NCBI GenBank assembly: GCA_964406665.1
Contig: CAYOSQ010000008.1
Coordinates: forward strand, 3,933-67,932
Source of the DNA: an uncultured Planctomycetia bacterium
GTDB taxonomy: Bacteria > Omnitrophota > Gorgyraeia > VGKH01 > JBHPFN01
Length of the DNA stretch: 64,000 nucleotides
Direction: 5' to 3'
Shown here: one piece after another, positions 54,904 to 63,892 of the stretch
How the letters are laid out: each line of letters starts with the position of its first letter
Numbering within the stretch: position 1 is the stretch's first letter
The notes under the pieces: generated by a model
Told to the model about the DNA's origin: nothing
Databases searched by the model: none
The model's input: only the letters and a program-made list of their open reading frames with translations
Translations under genes and position numbers: made by a program

Positions 54904-56175
54904 ATGGCTGAAACATTTTCAGATTGGGAGAAGATAATTGACTCTTTTACAGATTTGATCTCAATCCAAAGTAAGGATTATAAGTATATAAAGGTGAATA
55001 AGGCCTTTGCTGATGCTCTTAAAATGAAGCCCGAAAAAATTGTTGGAAAGACCTGCTACGAATTAATCCATAAAACAAAAGAACCGAGGCAGCAATGTCC
55101 TCACAAGAAGACGCTTGAGACAAAAAAACCAGCAACGGAGGAGTTTTTTGAGCCTAATTTGGGGGTTTATCTTCAGGTATCTACTTCACCATTTTTTGAT
55201 GATAAAGGTGAAGTAGCAGGTACTGTTCATATTGCTAGAGATATCACCGAGAGTAAAAAAACCATGGAGTCATTAAAGGAAAAGAAAGAATTCAGTGATG
55301 CTTTGTTTGATACAGCTCAGGTAATTATGCTTATGCTTGATACTGAGGGTCGTGTTGTTCGTTTTAATCCTTATACGGAAGAAGTTTCAGGTTATTCATT
55401 AAAAGAAGTAAAAGGCAAGGATTGGTTTACTACTTTTTTGCCTAAGAGAGACAGAGGGAGAATTAAAGAAATATTCCAAAAGGCAAAAGACGATATTCAA
55501 ACGCGTGGAAACGTCAATTCTATTATAACAAAACAAGGAGAAGAGCGTTTTATCGAATGGTATGATAAAACGTTTAAAGATAATAAGGGTAATGTTCTAG
55601 GTTTGTTAGCTGTTGGGCAAGATGTCACCGAACGAAAGAAAGCGGAAGTATCTCTACTGGAAATGAAAGATAAATACAGTGTTGTGCTTGAGAATTTAGA
55701 CGATGTTGTCTTTCAGCTATCTCCGCTTGGCACTATCGAATATGTAAGTCCAGGAGCTAAAGATTGGATGGGGTACATGCCTGAAGAGCTTATTGGTAAG
55801 CATTTAAAGGTTACGACTCCAGCAACCGAAATGCCTAAAGCCTTAAACGCTTTAAAGCGGGTTCTTTCTGGAGAGAAGATAAAAAGTTTCAATATGAAAC
55901 AAAGGCATGCTGACGGGCGTATTTTAGATATGGAGATTAATGCTTTGCCTATAAGGATAGAAGGTAAAATAGTAGCTGTTCAGGGTATTATGAGAGATAT
56001 CACTGATTGTAAGAATGTAGAGCAGGAAATGCAAAATACTTTGTCCGATTTGGAAAATTTCAAAAAAGCTACTATAGCTCGGGAAAATGTTATGATAGAG
56101 CTTAAGAAAGAGATCAATAAGCTATCGCAAGAATTGGGCAGGTCTGCTCCACATGATTTATCGTTTTTGGAGTAG
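54904..56175 (+). CDS. triple PAS-domain sensor protein without an output domain
   Basis: Three PAS-like blocks (~aa 10-110, 125-235, 250-365) with GxxxxxxRDIT-type ends (HIARDITESKK, VGQDVTERKK, IMRDITDCKN). C-terminal coiled coil. Confidence 0.7.
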   Translation: MAETFSDWEKIIDSFTDLISIQSKDYKYIKVNKAFADALKMKPEKIVGKTCYELIHKTKEPRQQCPHKKTLETKKPATEEFFEPNLGVYLQVSTSPFFDDKGEVAGTVHIARDITESKKTMESLKEKKEFSDALFDTAQVIMLMLDTEGRVVRFNPYTEEVSGYSLKEVKGKDWFTTFLPKRDRGRIKEIFQKAKDDIQTRGNVNSIITKQGEERFIEWYDKTFKDNKGNVLGLLAVGQDVTERKKAEVSLLEMKDKYSVVLENLDDVVFQLSPLGTIEYVSPGAKDWMGYMPEELIGKHLKVTTPATEMPKALNALKRVLSGEKIKSFNMKQRHADGRILDMEINALPIRIEGKIVAVQGIMRDITDCKNVEQEMQNTLSDLENFKKATIARENVMIELKKEINKLSQELGRSAPHDLSFLE

Positions 56176-56217
56176 GCTGATAAGCTAACAAGATAATAAT
56201 AAAAAGGAGGTATATTT

Positions 56218-57537
56218 ATGAAAAATAAAAGACTGTTGCTATTAACGGCCTATTTTTTATTATTTTTTTCTTGTTGCGCTTTTGCAGATATGAGTTTTAA
56301 GCCGGGAGTCCAATTACGTCTTCGTCACGAACTATGGAAAAACATTTTCGATTTAGAAAACAGCAGCAAAGATAACCGCAACTATTTTAGGATTAAATAT
56401 TGCTTTTTAGGCAAGTTGGATTTTAGTGACAAGATTAGTCTCTTCACTAAATTGACCGATGAATTTAGGGCGTATACGTATTTTTATCAATCTAGTAGCC
56501 GTAAAAAAGGTCTAGGCTTTGATATTAATGAGACAGTTTTTGATAATCTTTATCTCGATATTAAGGATGTCTTAGGGTTACCAGTGGATTTGCGCTTTGG
56601 AAGACAAGATTTTCTTTTTACCTACGGAGAAGGCTTTTTGATTATGGATGGAACTCCGTTAGATGGTTCAAGAACATTCTATTTTAATGCTTTTAAAAGT
56701 ACTTGGAAAATAAATGAAAAGAACAGCTTAGACTTTGTATATATTAGAAATCCCCGAGATGATCTTTATTTACCTATAATTAACGAAGGTAAATCACCGC
56801 AGGCGTTAAATATTACCGATGAAGAAGCTTATATGCTTTATCTAAAAAGTAAATCTTTTGAGGATTTGCATCTTGAAGGATATTACATATATAAAAGAGA
56901 AGACGACGACGGAGGTGTCAGGCTGCAGGGACAGAAGGGTAAAATCAATACATTTGGTTCTTTTGCAAAATATAATTTTTCCCCTTATGCGCTAAGAGGA
57001 CAGCTGGCTTTTCAGTTTGGAGATTATGGTCTTAATGACCGTGAAGCTTTAGGTGGCTATTTATTTTTAGATAGAAGTTTTGATGATAACTTGTGGTCTC
57101 CTTCAGCAAGCGTAGGATTTGTTTATCTCTCGGGTGATGATCCTTCAACAACAAAAAACGAAGGATGGGATGCTCTGTTTTCCCGCTGGCCGTGGATGTC
57201 AGAGCTATATTCGCTTACATATAACGGTGAGTCTGGCATTGATTATTGGACGAATTTAAAAATGGCCAGGGCTGAGCTTGCTCTTAAGCCGAGCAAAAAA
57301 ACAAAACTTCGTTTTTGGTACAATGTTTTATGGGCGAATGAAACTCCTGTGGGAACATCTTTTGTTACTGGATTAGGTAAGACCCGAGGCCATCTTCCTC
57401 AGGTAAGATTTGATTATGCAATAAACGAAAATATATCTGCTTATATTTTAGGAGAATATTTTATTCCGGGAAGTTTCCATGCTGATAATGCTGACGACGC
57501 ATTATTTTTAAGGACAGAAGTTACAATTAAGTTTTAA
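56218..57537 (+). CDS. outer-membrane beta-barrel protein (alginate-export/AlgE-like topology)
   Basis: Signal peptide MKNKRLLLLTAYFLLFFSCCAFA. Alternating amphipathic beta-strands. C-terminal aromatic terminus ...EVTIKF typical of BAM substrates. Confidence 0.5.
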   Translation: MKNKRLLLLTAYFLLFFSCCAFADMSFKPGVQLRLRHELWKNIFDLENSSKDNRNYFRIKYCFLGKLDFSDKISLFTKLTDEFRAYTYFYQSSSRKKGLGFDINETVFDNLYLDIKDVLGLPVDLRFGRQDFLFTYGEGFLIMDGTPLDGSRTFYFNAFKSTWKINEKNSLDFVYIRNPRDDLYLPIINEGKSPQALNITDEEAYMLYLKSKSFEDLHLEGYYIYKREDDDGGVRLQGQKGKINTFGSFAKYNFSPYALRGQLAFQFGDYGLNDREALGGYLFLDRSFDDNLWSPSASVGFVYLSGDDPSTTKNEGWDALFSRWPWMSELYSLTYNGESGIDYWTNLKMARAELALKPSKKTKLRFWYNVLWANETPVGTSFVTGLGKTRGHLPQVRFDYAINENISAYILGEYFIPGSFHADNADDALFLRTEVTIKF

Positions 57538-57583
57538 TTTAGCCTTAAAATAGTATAAAGAAAAAATTTAGGAGGTTAAAGCA

Positions 57584-58600
57584 ATGTTTTGGAAAATGAT
57601 GATGAAGGTAAATAAGTTCAGAGTGAGTTTTTTGTTTATTTTTTTGATTATTTGTAATTTTATTCTATGTTTTGGCTTGCAGGCTGATGAGGTTAAAAAT
57701 AACTTTAAAATTGGATTAGCTGTTCTAAAAGATAATCCTGATTACAGTGCAGGTAGAAGAGCTTTTGTGGATACTCTTGAGAATCAAAAAGACATAAACT
57801 TTGAATTTAAGCTTTTAGATGCATTTGGGGATATGGAAGTTTACAAAAAAGGTATAAAAGATTTAGTTGAGGTTGAAAAAGTCGACCTTATTTTTGCCAC
57901 CGGAACCCGAAGCACTATCCCAGTAGTCGAGTTAGTCAAGGATATCCCTATTGTTTTTACGGCCGTAGCCGCACCTGTTAGGGCTAACATAGTTGAAAGT
58001 AGAGAGAACCCCGGGAAAAATGTAACCGGTACGCATTGCGGAATTCCTGAATATGCTCAACTGAAAACCATATTGACTGTAATCCCTAGTGTTAAAAGAA
58101 TAGGAATAGTCTATACAGCAGATGAGCCAAATGCCGAGCATCAGACTGCTGACTTTAAGTTGGCGGCAGAAGGGTTAGGCGTTGAGGTATTAACATCTTT
58201 GGTTTCTAAAGACTGCGACTCTCAAGAGGAAGTCGAGCAGGCAACAAATAAACTAGTAGGAAAGGTTGATGTTCTTGTTGCCCATCAGGATACTTCTCTT
58301 TCTCGTTACGGTAGAGGAATGATTAAAGTGGCTGAAGAAAATAACATTCCTGCGTATGTTTCATTATCTCAGCTCCTTAGTGAGGGGGCACTTTTTTCTC
58401 TAGGCATAGATTTTTCAGAATTAGGTAAGATATCAGCTAAGCAGGCAATAAGGGTATTAAAACATCAGACAGATCCGGGGGGTTTACCTGTAGAAACTTA
58501 CAAGAAATATTCTCTGACTATCAACTTACCTGCAGCTGAAAAGATTGGTTTAAAACTTCCAGTTCAGGTTTTAAGAAAAGCATCCAAGCTGATAAAATAA
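57584..58600 (+). CDS. periplasmic substrate-binding protein (ABC_sub_bind / uncharacterised ABC-system binding-component family)
   Basis: Signal/TM anchor, then a two-lobe alpha/beta binding-protein pattern (KIGLAVLKDNPDY..., IGIVYTADEPN...). No cognate permease or ATPase adjacent; it lies next to a histidine kinase. Confidence 0.5.
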   Translation: MFWKMMMKVNKFRVSFLFIFLIICNFILCFGLQADEVKNNFKIGLAVLKDNPDYSAGRRAFVDTLENQKDINFEFKLLDAFGDMEVYKKGIKDLVEVEKVDLIFATGTRSTIPVVELVKDIPIVFTAVAAPVRANIVESRENPGKNVTGTHCGIPEYAQLKTILTVIPSVKRIGIVYTADEPNAEHQTADFKLAAEGLGVEVLTSLVSKDCDSQEEVEQATNKLVGKVDVLVAHQDTSLSRYGRGMIKVAEENNIPAYVSLSQLLSEGALFSLGIDFSELGKISAKQAIRVLKHQTDPGGLPVETYKKYSLTINLPAAEKIGLKLPVQVLRKASKLIK

Positions 58601-58614
58601 AGGCATTAAGTCAA

Positions 58615-60333
58615 ATGAAATTAAAAATTAATTTAAGAGAAAAATTGTTAATAGTTACTACAAGTATAGTTTTGATTGCTTTTAGCGTTAACACATATTT
58701 AAACATAAATGATTTTATTAATAGATATAAAGAGATGATTTCAGAAAAAATATTTGCTGAAGCTAAGCATCTTAGAAATATCATAGAGGATACCCTATCT
58801 TTAGGTCTTGGTCTTGGAGAGCTGGAAGGTTTAAATGAAGAATGCGAGAAATTAAAACGAAGTGTACCTTATGCTCAATATTGTTTCGTTTCAGATTTGG
58901 ATGGTAAAATTATTTATCAAGATTATTCTAAAAAGACAGAGCTGATTTTTGGAAACTTGAAGATTAAAGAAATCAGGGGTTCGGGTCAAAGAGATATTAG
59001 TTTTATTAAAACGGTTATCGGAAGTAATATTTATAACCACTCTTTGCTTATCCATGATGATGAAAATCATTTGCATGCTGTCGGAATGGTACATATTGGT
59101 GTTTTGTCGGAAGTTGTTAATAAGGAGATTAGAGCACTAATTCAACGCTCTGTATTATTATCCTCAATATTTATAATATTTACTGTTTTGATAGTTATAC
59201 TTTTCAATAGACATATTGTTTTAGCCCCTCTTCGCTCGATAATGATTGCATTAGCTCATTTTGGAAAGGGAGAACTTGACTATAAAATAGATTTGAAGCA
59301 GACTGATGAGTTTGGCGAGCTAGCAAAAACTTTTAACAAAATGACTGAAAACTTAAATATTGTAACCGCTTCTCGGGATGATTTGGATGCTCAGATTAAA
59401 GAACGAATAAAAGCGGAAAAAGCACTTCAAGAAGCTAATAAAGGATTAGCTTTAAATGAACGGGCCTTAAAAAACATTCTCTATGATTTAAGGAAAGCCC
59501 ATGACGAATTAAAATCTACCCAAAAGCAACTGGTGCAGAGTGAGAAACTTGCATCTATTGGTCAGCTGGCTGCTGGTATTGCACATGAAATAAACAATCC
59601 TGTTGGTTTTATCGGCAGTAATCTTTCTACGCTGGAACAATATATTGAAAATATTTCAGAAATTATGAGAGCCCTGGAAAATTTTAAGCAGGTAGTCGAA
59701 CAAAAAGATTTAAATAAAGCAGAGAAAATTAGAGTAGAGCTTCAAGAGCTTGAGGAAAGTCTAGATATAGAATATATCCTAAATGATTTAGATAGTTTAT
59801 TGAGGGAGTCGAAAGAAGGAGTAGAAAGAATTAAGAAGATCGTAATGGATTTAAAAACCTTTTCACGTTCTGACGACGAAATTAGAATAGCCGCGAACAT
59901 AAATCAAGTTATTGATGGCACAGTAAATATAGTTTGGAATGAAATAAAATATAAAGCAGAGCTGAATAGAAAATATGGGGAGGTTCCCCTTGTAGAGTGT
60001 AACACGCAGCAGATCGGCCAGGTGTTTATAAATCTTTTGGTTAATGCTGCTCAATCCATAGCGGATAAAGGTGTTATTACAATTGAAACATATAAAAGGG
60101 AAAATGAAGTTGTAGTAGAGGTTTCCGATACCGGTAAGGGTATTAAGAAAGAACTACTGGCTAAAATATTCGACCCATTTTTTACCACTAAAGAAGTAGG
60201 GAAAGGTACCGGATTGGGTTTAAGTATCAGTCACGAAATTATTACAAAACATAACGGCACAATAACAGTTGAAAGTGAAGTTGGCAAAGGAACTAAATTC
60301 ACTGTTGTTTTTCCTGTCAGCAAAAATATTTAG
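58615..60333 (+). CDS. sensor histidine kinase (periplasmic sensor - TM - HAMP - HisKA - HATPase)
   Basis: Two TM helices flanking a ~150-aa periplasmic region. HAMP (LRSIMIALAHFGKGELDYKIDL...FNKMTENL). H-box AAGIAHEINNP. N/G boxes (NLLVNAAQS, DTGKGI, GKGTGLGLSIS). Confidence 0.85.
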   Translation: MKLKINLREKLLIVTTSIVLIAFSVNTYLNINDFINRYKEMISEKIFAEAKHLRNIIEDTLSLGLGLGELEGLNEECEKLKRSVPYAQYCFVSDLDGKIIYQDYSKKTELIFGNLKIKEIRGSGQRDISFIKTVIGSNIYNHSLLIHDDENHLHAVGMVHIGVLSEVVNKEIRALIQRSVLLSSIFIIFTVLIVILFNRHIVLAPLRSIMIALAHFGKGELDYKIDLKQTDEFGELAKTFNKMTENLNIVTASRDDLDAQIKERIKAEKALQEANKGLALNERALKNILYDLRKAHDELKSTQKQLVQSEKLASIGQLAAGIAHEINNPVGFIGSNLSTLEQYIENISEIMRALENFKQVVEQKDLNKAEKIRVELQELEESLDIEYILNDLDSLLRESKEGVERIKKIVMDLKTFSRSDDEIRIAANINQVIDGTVNIVWNEIKYKAELNRKYGEVPLVECNTQQIGQVFINLLVNAAQSIADKGVITIETYKRENEVVVEVSDTGKGIKKELLAKIFDPFFTTKEVGKGTGLGLSISHEIITKHNGTITVESEVGKGTKFTVVFPVSKNI

Positions 60334-60368
60334 TTTGATTAATAGGTCGAAAACGCAAGGAGAAAAAA

Positions 60369-61211
60369 ATGGCAGAATATAAGATATTACTTGTTGATGA
60401 TGAGGAGAATATTCTGAATTCTCTGATACGGACTTTGCACAATGAAAAATACGATATTTTAGTTAAAAAAACTGCTGAAGAGGCAATTACAGTTATTTCC
60501 CAACAGAAGATAGACCTAATCATCTGCGATTATAAATTAAGTGGAATGAACGGCATAGATTTTCTGGAGATGGTTTCTAAGAAAAATCCTGAGATAATCA
60601 CAATTTTGCTTACCGGTAAAGCAGATATGCAGATGGCCATGGATGCTATAAACAGGTCTTCTCTTTATATGTTTATAATGAAACCCTGGGAAAATGATAT
60701 GTTGATTTCTTCAGTAAGTAGGGCTTTGGAGCAACGTGATCTGGCTGTGGAAAACAGGAATTTGATACATGCTGGGCTAAAAAAGATTTTAGCCCGAGAT
60801 GTAATGTCTAGATTTGCAATTACTGTTAAGGAGGATTCTTCTTTACTTAATGCAGCACATCTTATGATGAGATTTAAAATAAGCGGGCTTCCGGTTATGT
60901 CTCATGAAGGAAAAATCTCTGGAATAATAACAGCCTCAGATTTATTCAGGATGATGGGTGAGATAGTAGTGCACGATGTTATTGTGCAGAATTCCTTATA
61001 TAAAGGTAATATTATGGTTAAAGACGTTATGACAAAGGATGTCGTTGTTGTAGATAAGACTACATCTTTTTTTGATATTGTTAATACAATGTATGGTAAA
61101 AATATACATACGTTACCCGTGGTTGAAAACAATGAAATTGTTGGCATTATAGGCAGAAGAGATGTGATAAATTCATTTTATAAACTTTTAAAAACGACCA
61201 ATGTTTCTTAA
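60369..61211 (+). CDS. response regulator with CBS-pair output domain
   Basis: Receiver (LLVDDEEN, LIICDYKLSGMNG, ILLTGKAD, MKPW). Then two CBS motifs (FAITVKEDSSLLNAAHLMMRFKISGLPVMSHEGKISGIITASDL, IHTLPVVENNEIVGIIGRRDV). Confidence 0.8.
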   Translation: MAEYKILLVDDEENILNSLIRTLHNEKYDILVKKTAEEAITVISQQKIDLIICDYKLSGMNGIDFLEMVSKKNPEIITILLTGKADMQMAMDAINRSSLYMFIMKPWENDMLISSVSRALEQRDLAVENRNLIHAGLKKILARDVMSRFAITVKEDSSLLNAAHLMMRFKISGLPVMSHEGKISGIITASDLFRMMGEIVVHDVIVQNSLYKGNIMVKDVMTKDVVVVDKTTSFFDIVNTMYGKNIHTLPVVENNEIVGIIGRRDVINSFYKLLKTTNVS

Positions 61212-61255
61212 TTTATGTTTATTATATTCAAATAATATTAATAAGAGAGGTAAAC

Positions 61256-61759
61256 ATGGCACGGTATAAAATACTGATTGTAGATGATGAAGAAAATGTA
61301 GTGAGTTCTCTGTCTAGGGTATTGCGTAATGAAAAGCACGATATTGTAGCTGCAAAAAGCGCAGAAGATGCATTATTAATAGTTGAAGCTGAAATCGTTG
61401 ATCTTATAATATGTGATTATAAGCTAATCGGTATGGACGGAATATCTTTTTTAGAAAAAGTCCTAGAGACTAATCCCGAGATAATAACTATCTTGCTTAC
61501 AGGAAATGCTGATTTACAAGTAGCTGTTGATGCAGTTAATAAGACCTCTGTATATAAATTTATTCTTAAACCATGGGATAATGAGATGCTGAGAATTTCA
61601 ATTATGAGGGCTCTGGAGCATCGTGATTTGATTGTTAGAAACAAGCTTCTTATTAATGAGATCAAGAAACGTAATTCTCTTATTGAGCAATTGGAAAGGG
61701 ATAATCCTGGAATTACTAGGATAAAAAAGGATAGTTCTGGAAACATCATTTTGGACTAA
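61256..61759 (+). CDS. single-domain response regulator with short C-terminal helical extension
   Basis: Receiver motifs (LIVDDEEN, LIICDYKLIGMDG, ILLTGNAD, LKPW). Near-paralog of the receiver of 60369..61211. Confidence 0.8.
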   Translation: MARYKILIVDDEENVVSSLSRVLRNEKHDIVAAKSAEDALLIVEAEIVDLIICDYKLIGMDGISFLEKVLETNPEIITILLTGNADLQVAVDAVNKTSVYKFILKPWDNEMLRISIMRALEHRDLIVRNKLLINEIKKRNSLIEQLERDNPGITRIKKDSSGNIILD

Positions 61760-61811
61760 AGCCAGAAAACTTAGTTGATAGTTTTGGTGTTTTAAAAAAA
61801 GGACTTTTTTT

Positions 61812-62978
61812 ATGAAAGAGATTAACGTGGTTATACTCGATGACGAAAATAATATTTTGCATTCTTTAGAGAGAGTTTTGCACAGGGAGGAATTCGGTGT
61901 TTTTACGACAGTTGACTACAAAGAAGCTATGGATGTAATTGGTAAGGAGAATATTAAAGTAGTTGTATCAGATCATAGGATGCCTGGAATTTCTGGAGTA
62001 GACTTTTTAGAGAAGGCAAAAGTTAAAAAACCAAGTGCCCTAAGGATATTGCTTACTGGGTTTGCTGATATAAAGGTTGCTGAGGATGCGATTAACAAGG
62101 ATCAAGTTTACAGGTTTATGAATAAACCGTGGAACGATGAAGATTTAAAAGCAACTTTGCGTCAGGCAGTTCATAAATTCGACTTAATTGAGCATAATAA
62201 ACATCTAGTTGGGGAAATAAAGACTCGCAATGAAGAGCTGATGGAAGTCAATAAGAAGCTTAGAAGTATGTACGAGACGCAGAAGAAGTTTACTTCTACT
62301 GTATCTCACGAGCTGAGAACGCCTTTGGCTTCGATAAAAACGGCAATAGATATTGTTAAAAGTGAGACCTCAGGAGAGTTGAATGATGATCAGAAAAACT
62401 TTTTAAATAAAGCCAAAGACAATATAGATAGGCTTAATCGTTTGATTAACGATATATTGGATCTTTCTAAGTTAGAATCGGGCATGACTTCTTTGGATTT
62501 AAAGAAAAACAATATGAATAAAATTATCAGCGATATTGTGCAGCTACAGGAATCGGTTGCTCAAGAAAGAGGAATTGTTTTAAAGGCAGAGCTCGACCCC
62601 GATGTTCCGGAAATGCCGTTTGATGCTGATAAGATTAATCAGGTTCTGAATAATTTAATTAGTAATGCATTTAAGTTTACTGAAAAAGGTGAAGTGGTGG
62701 TGAGCAGTTCTGCAGAAAAAGAACATAATTATATAAAGATATGTGTACGTGATACCGGTATGGGGATTGAAGAAAAAGACATTCCTAAGCTGTTTAAGAA
62801 ATTCCAACAGCTGGGTGATCCTGCTGAAAGGAAGACAGGCGGTACAGGCTTAGGCCTTGCGATATGCAAAGAGATTACGTCGCAGCATAAAGGAAAAATC
62901 TGGGTTGAATCGAAATCTGGTGAAGGAAGTGCTTTTTATTTCCTTTTACCTATTAAGGAAAGACGTATAGATCGTTAA
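61812..62978 (+). CDS. hybrid signal protein: N-terminal receiver plus HisKA plus HATPase (soluble histidine kinase)
   Basis: Receiver (VVILDDENN, VVVSDHRMPGISG, NKPW). H-box VSHELRTPL. N/G boxes (NLISNAFKFT, DTGMGI, GGTGLGLAICK). Confidence 0.85.
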   Translation: MKEINVVILDDENNILHSLERVLHREEFGVFTTVDYKEAMDVIGKENIKVVVSDHRMPGISGVDFLEKAKVKKPSALRILLTGFADIKVAEDAINKDQVYRFMNKPWNDEDLKATLRQAVHKFDLIEHNKHLVGEIKTRNEELMEVNKKLRSMYETQKKFTSTVSHELRTPLASIKTAIDIVKSETSGELNDDQKNFLNKAKDNIDRLNRLINDILDLSKLESGMTSLDLKKNNMNKIISDIVQLQESVAQERGIVLKAELDPDVPEMPFDADKINQVLNNLISNAFKFTEKGEVVVSSSAEKEHNYIKICVRDTGMGIEEKDIPKLFKKFQQLGDPAERKTGGTGLGLAICKEITSQHKGKIWVESKSGEGSAFYFLLPIKERRIDR

Positions 62979-63002
62979 GCATTTAAAGTAAAAGGATGAA
63001 TT

Positions 63003-63755
63003 ATGGCTGATAAAAAAATAATTTTAGTGATTGATGACGAAACTGATTTAGCAGAAATGGTTAGCTTTCAGTTAAAGGCAAAAGGCTATGCTGTTACTAT
63101 GGCTTCTAATGGAGTCGAGGGGCTGAAAGTTTTAGAGAAGGTTAATCCTGATTTAATTGTCTTAGATATAAATATGCCGAAAATGGGCGGACTGGAATTT
63201 TATAATAAAATATCTACATCACACGGTAAGGCAAAATATCCAGTTTTAGTTCTAACAGCTCGGGCAAATCTTGAAGAAACATTTAAAGATATCGAGGTTG
63301 ATGGATTTATGCCTAAACCTTTCGAAATAGAGAAATTAATTATTGAGGTTGATAGAATAGTTAGCAGAAAGTCGGAAAAACATATATATTTGCTTGATGT
63401 TAAAGGAAATTCTCGCACAAAAGAAATTAAAGAAAAGCTTGAGCAAGAAAGGTATTCTGTTGCTGTCTTGGAAGACGCGGAAACATTAAAAATCCGTGCG
63501 ACAACTATCGGTGGTTTAATGCCTTGTTGTATATTAATGGAATATATGCAGCAAGGATTAAGTGGTGACGTAGTAATCAAAAAAATAAAAGAAATTTCAT
63601 CCATCAAAGATGTTCCTATAGTTGTATATTCTTATACTGGTTTCCAGGCATATGAAGAAAAAAGTATCGCTGCCGGTGCAAGCAGGTATTTAGGAAAGCC
63701 GGAAAGTTACGATGTGTTCATTACTGCAGTCAAAGAGCTCGAGATAATTAGATAA
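63003..63755 (+). CDS. tandem receiver-domain protein (canonical REC plus second REC-like domain)
   Basis: First receiver (LVIDDETD, LIVLDINMPKMGG, VLVLTARAN, PKPF). The second half repeats the fold (YLLDVKGN...VPIVVYSYTG...GKP). Confidence 0.65.
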   Translation: MADKKIILVIDDETDLAEMVSFQLKAKGYAVTMASNGVEGLKVLEKVNPDLIVLDINMPKMGGLEFYNKISTSHGKAKYPVLVLTARANLEETFKDIEVDGFMPKPFEIEKLIIEVDRIVSRKSEKHIYLLDVKGNSRTKEIKEKLEQERYSVAVLEDAETLKIRATTIGGLMPCCILMEYMQQGLSGDVVIKKIKEISSIKDVPIVVYSYTGFQAYEEKSIAAGASRYLGKPESYDVFITAVKELEIIR

Positions 63756-63892
63756 GAAGCTTAACCTCTCTAAATTATTTTAATAAAATAATTGAATTAC
63801 TTAAATTCATTGCTATAATAATTTCTGTTGATAACACGCCAAAAACATTTCCAAAAAATAATTTAAAATCGGAGGATAAAATATGAGCGGCA

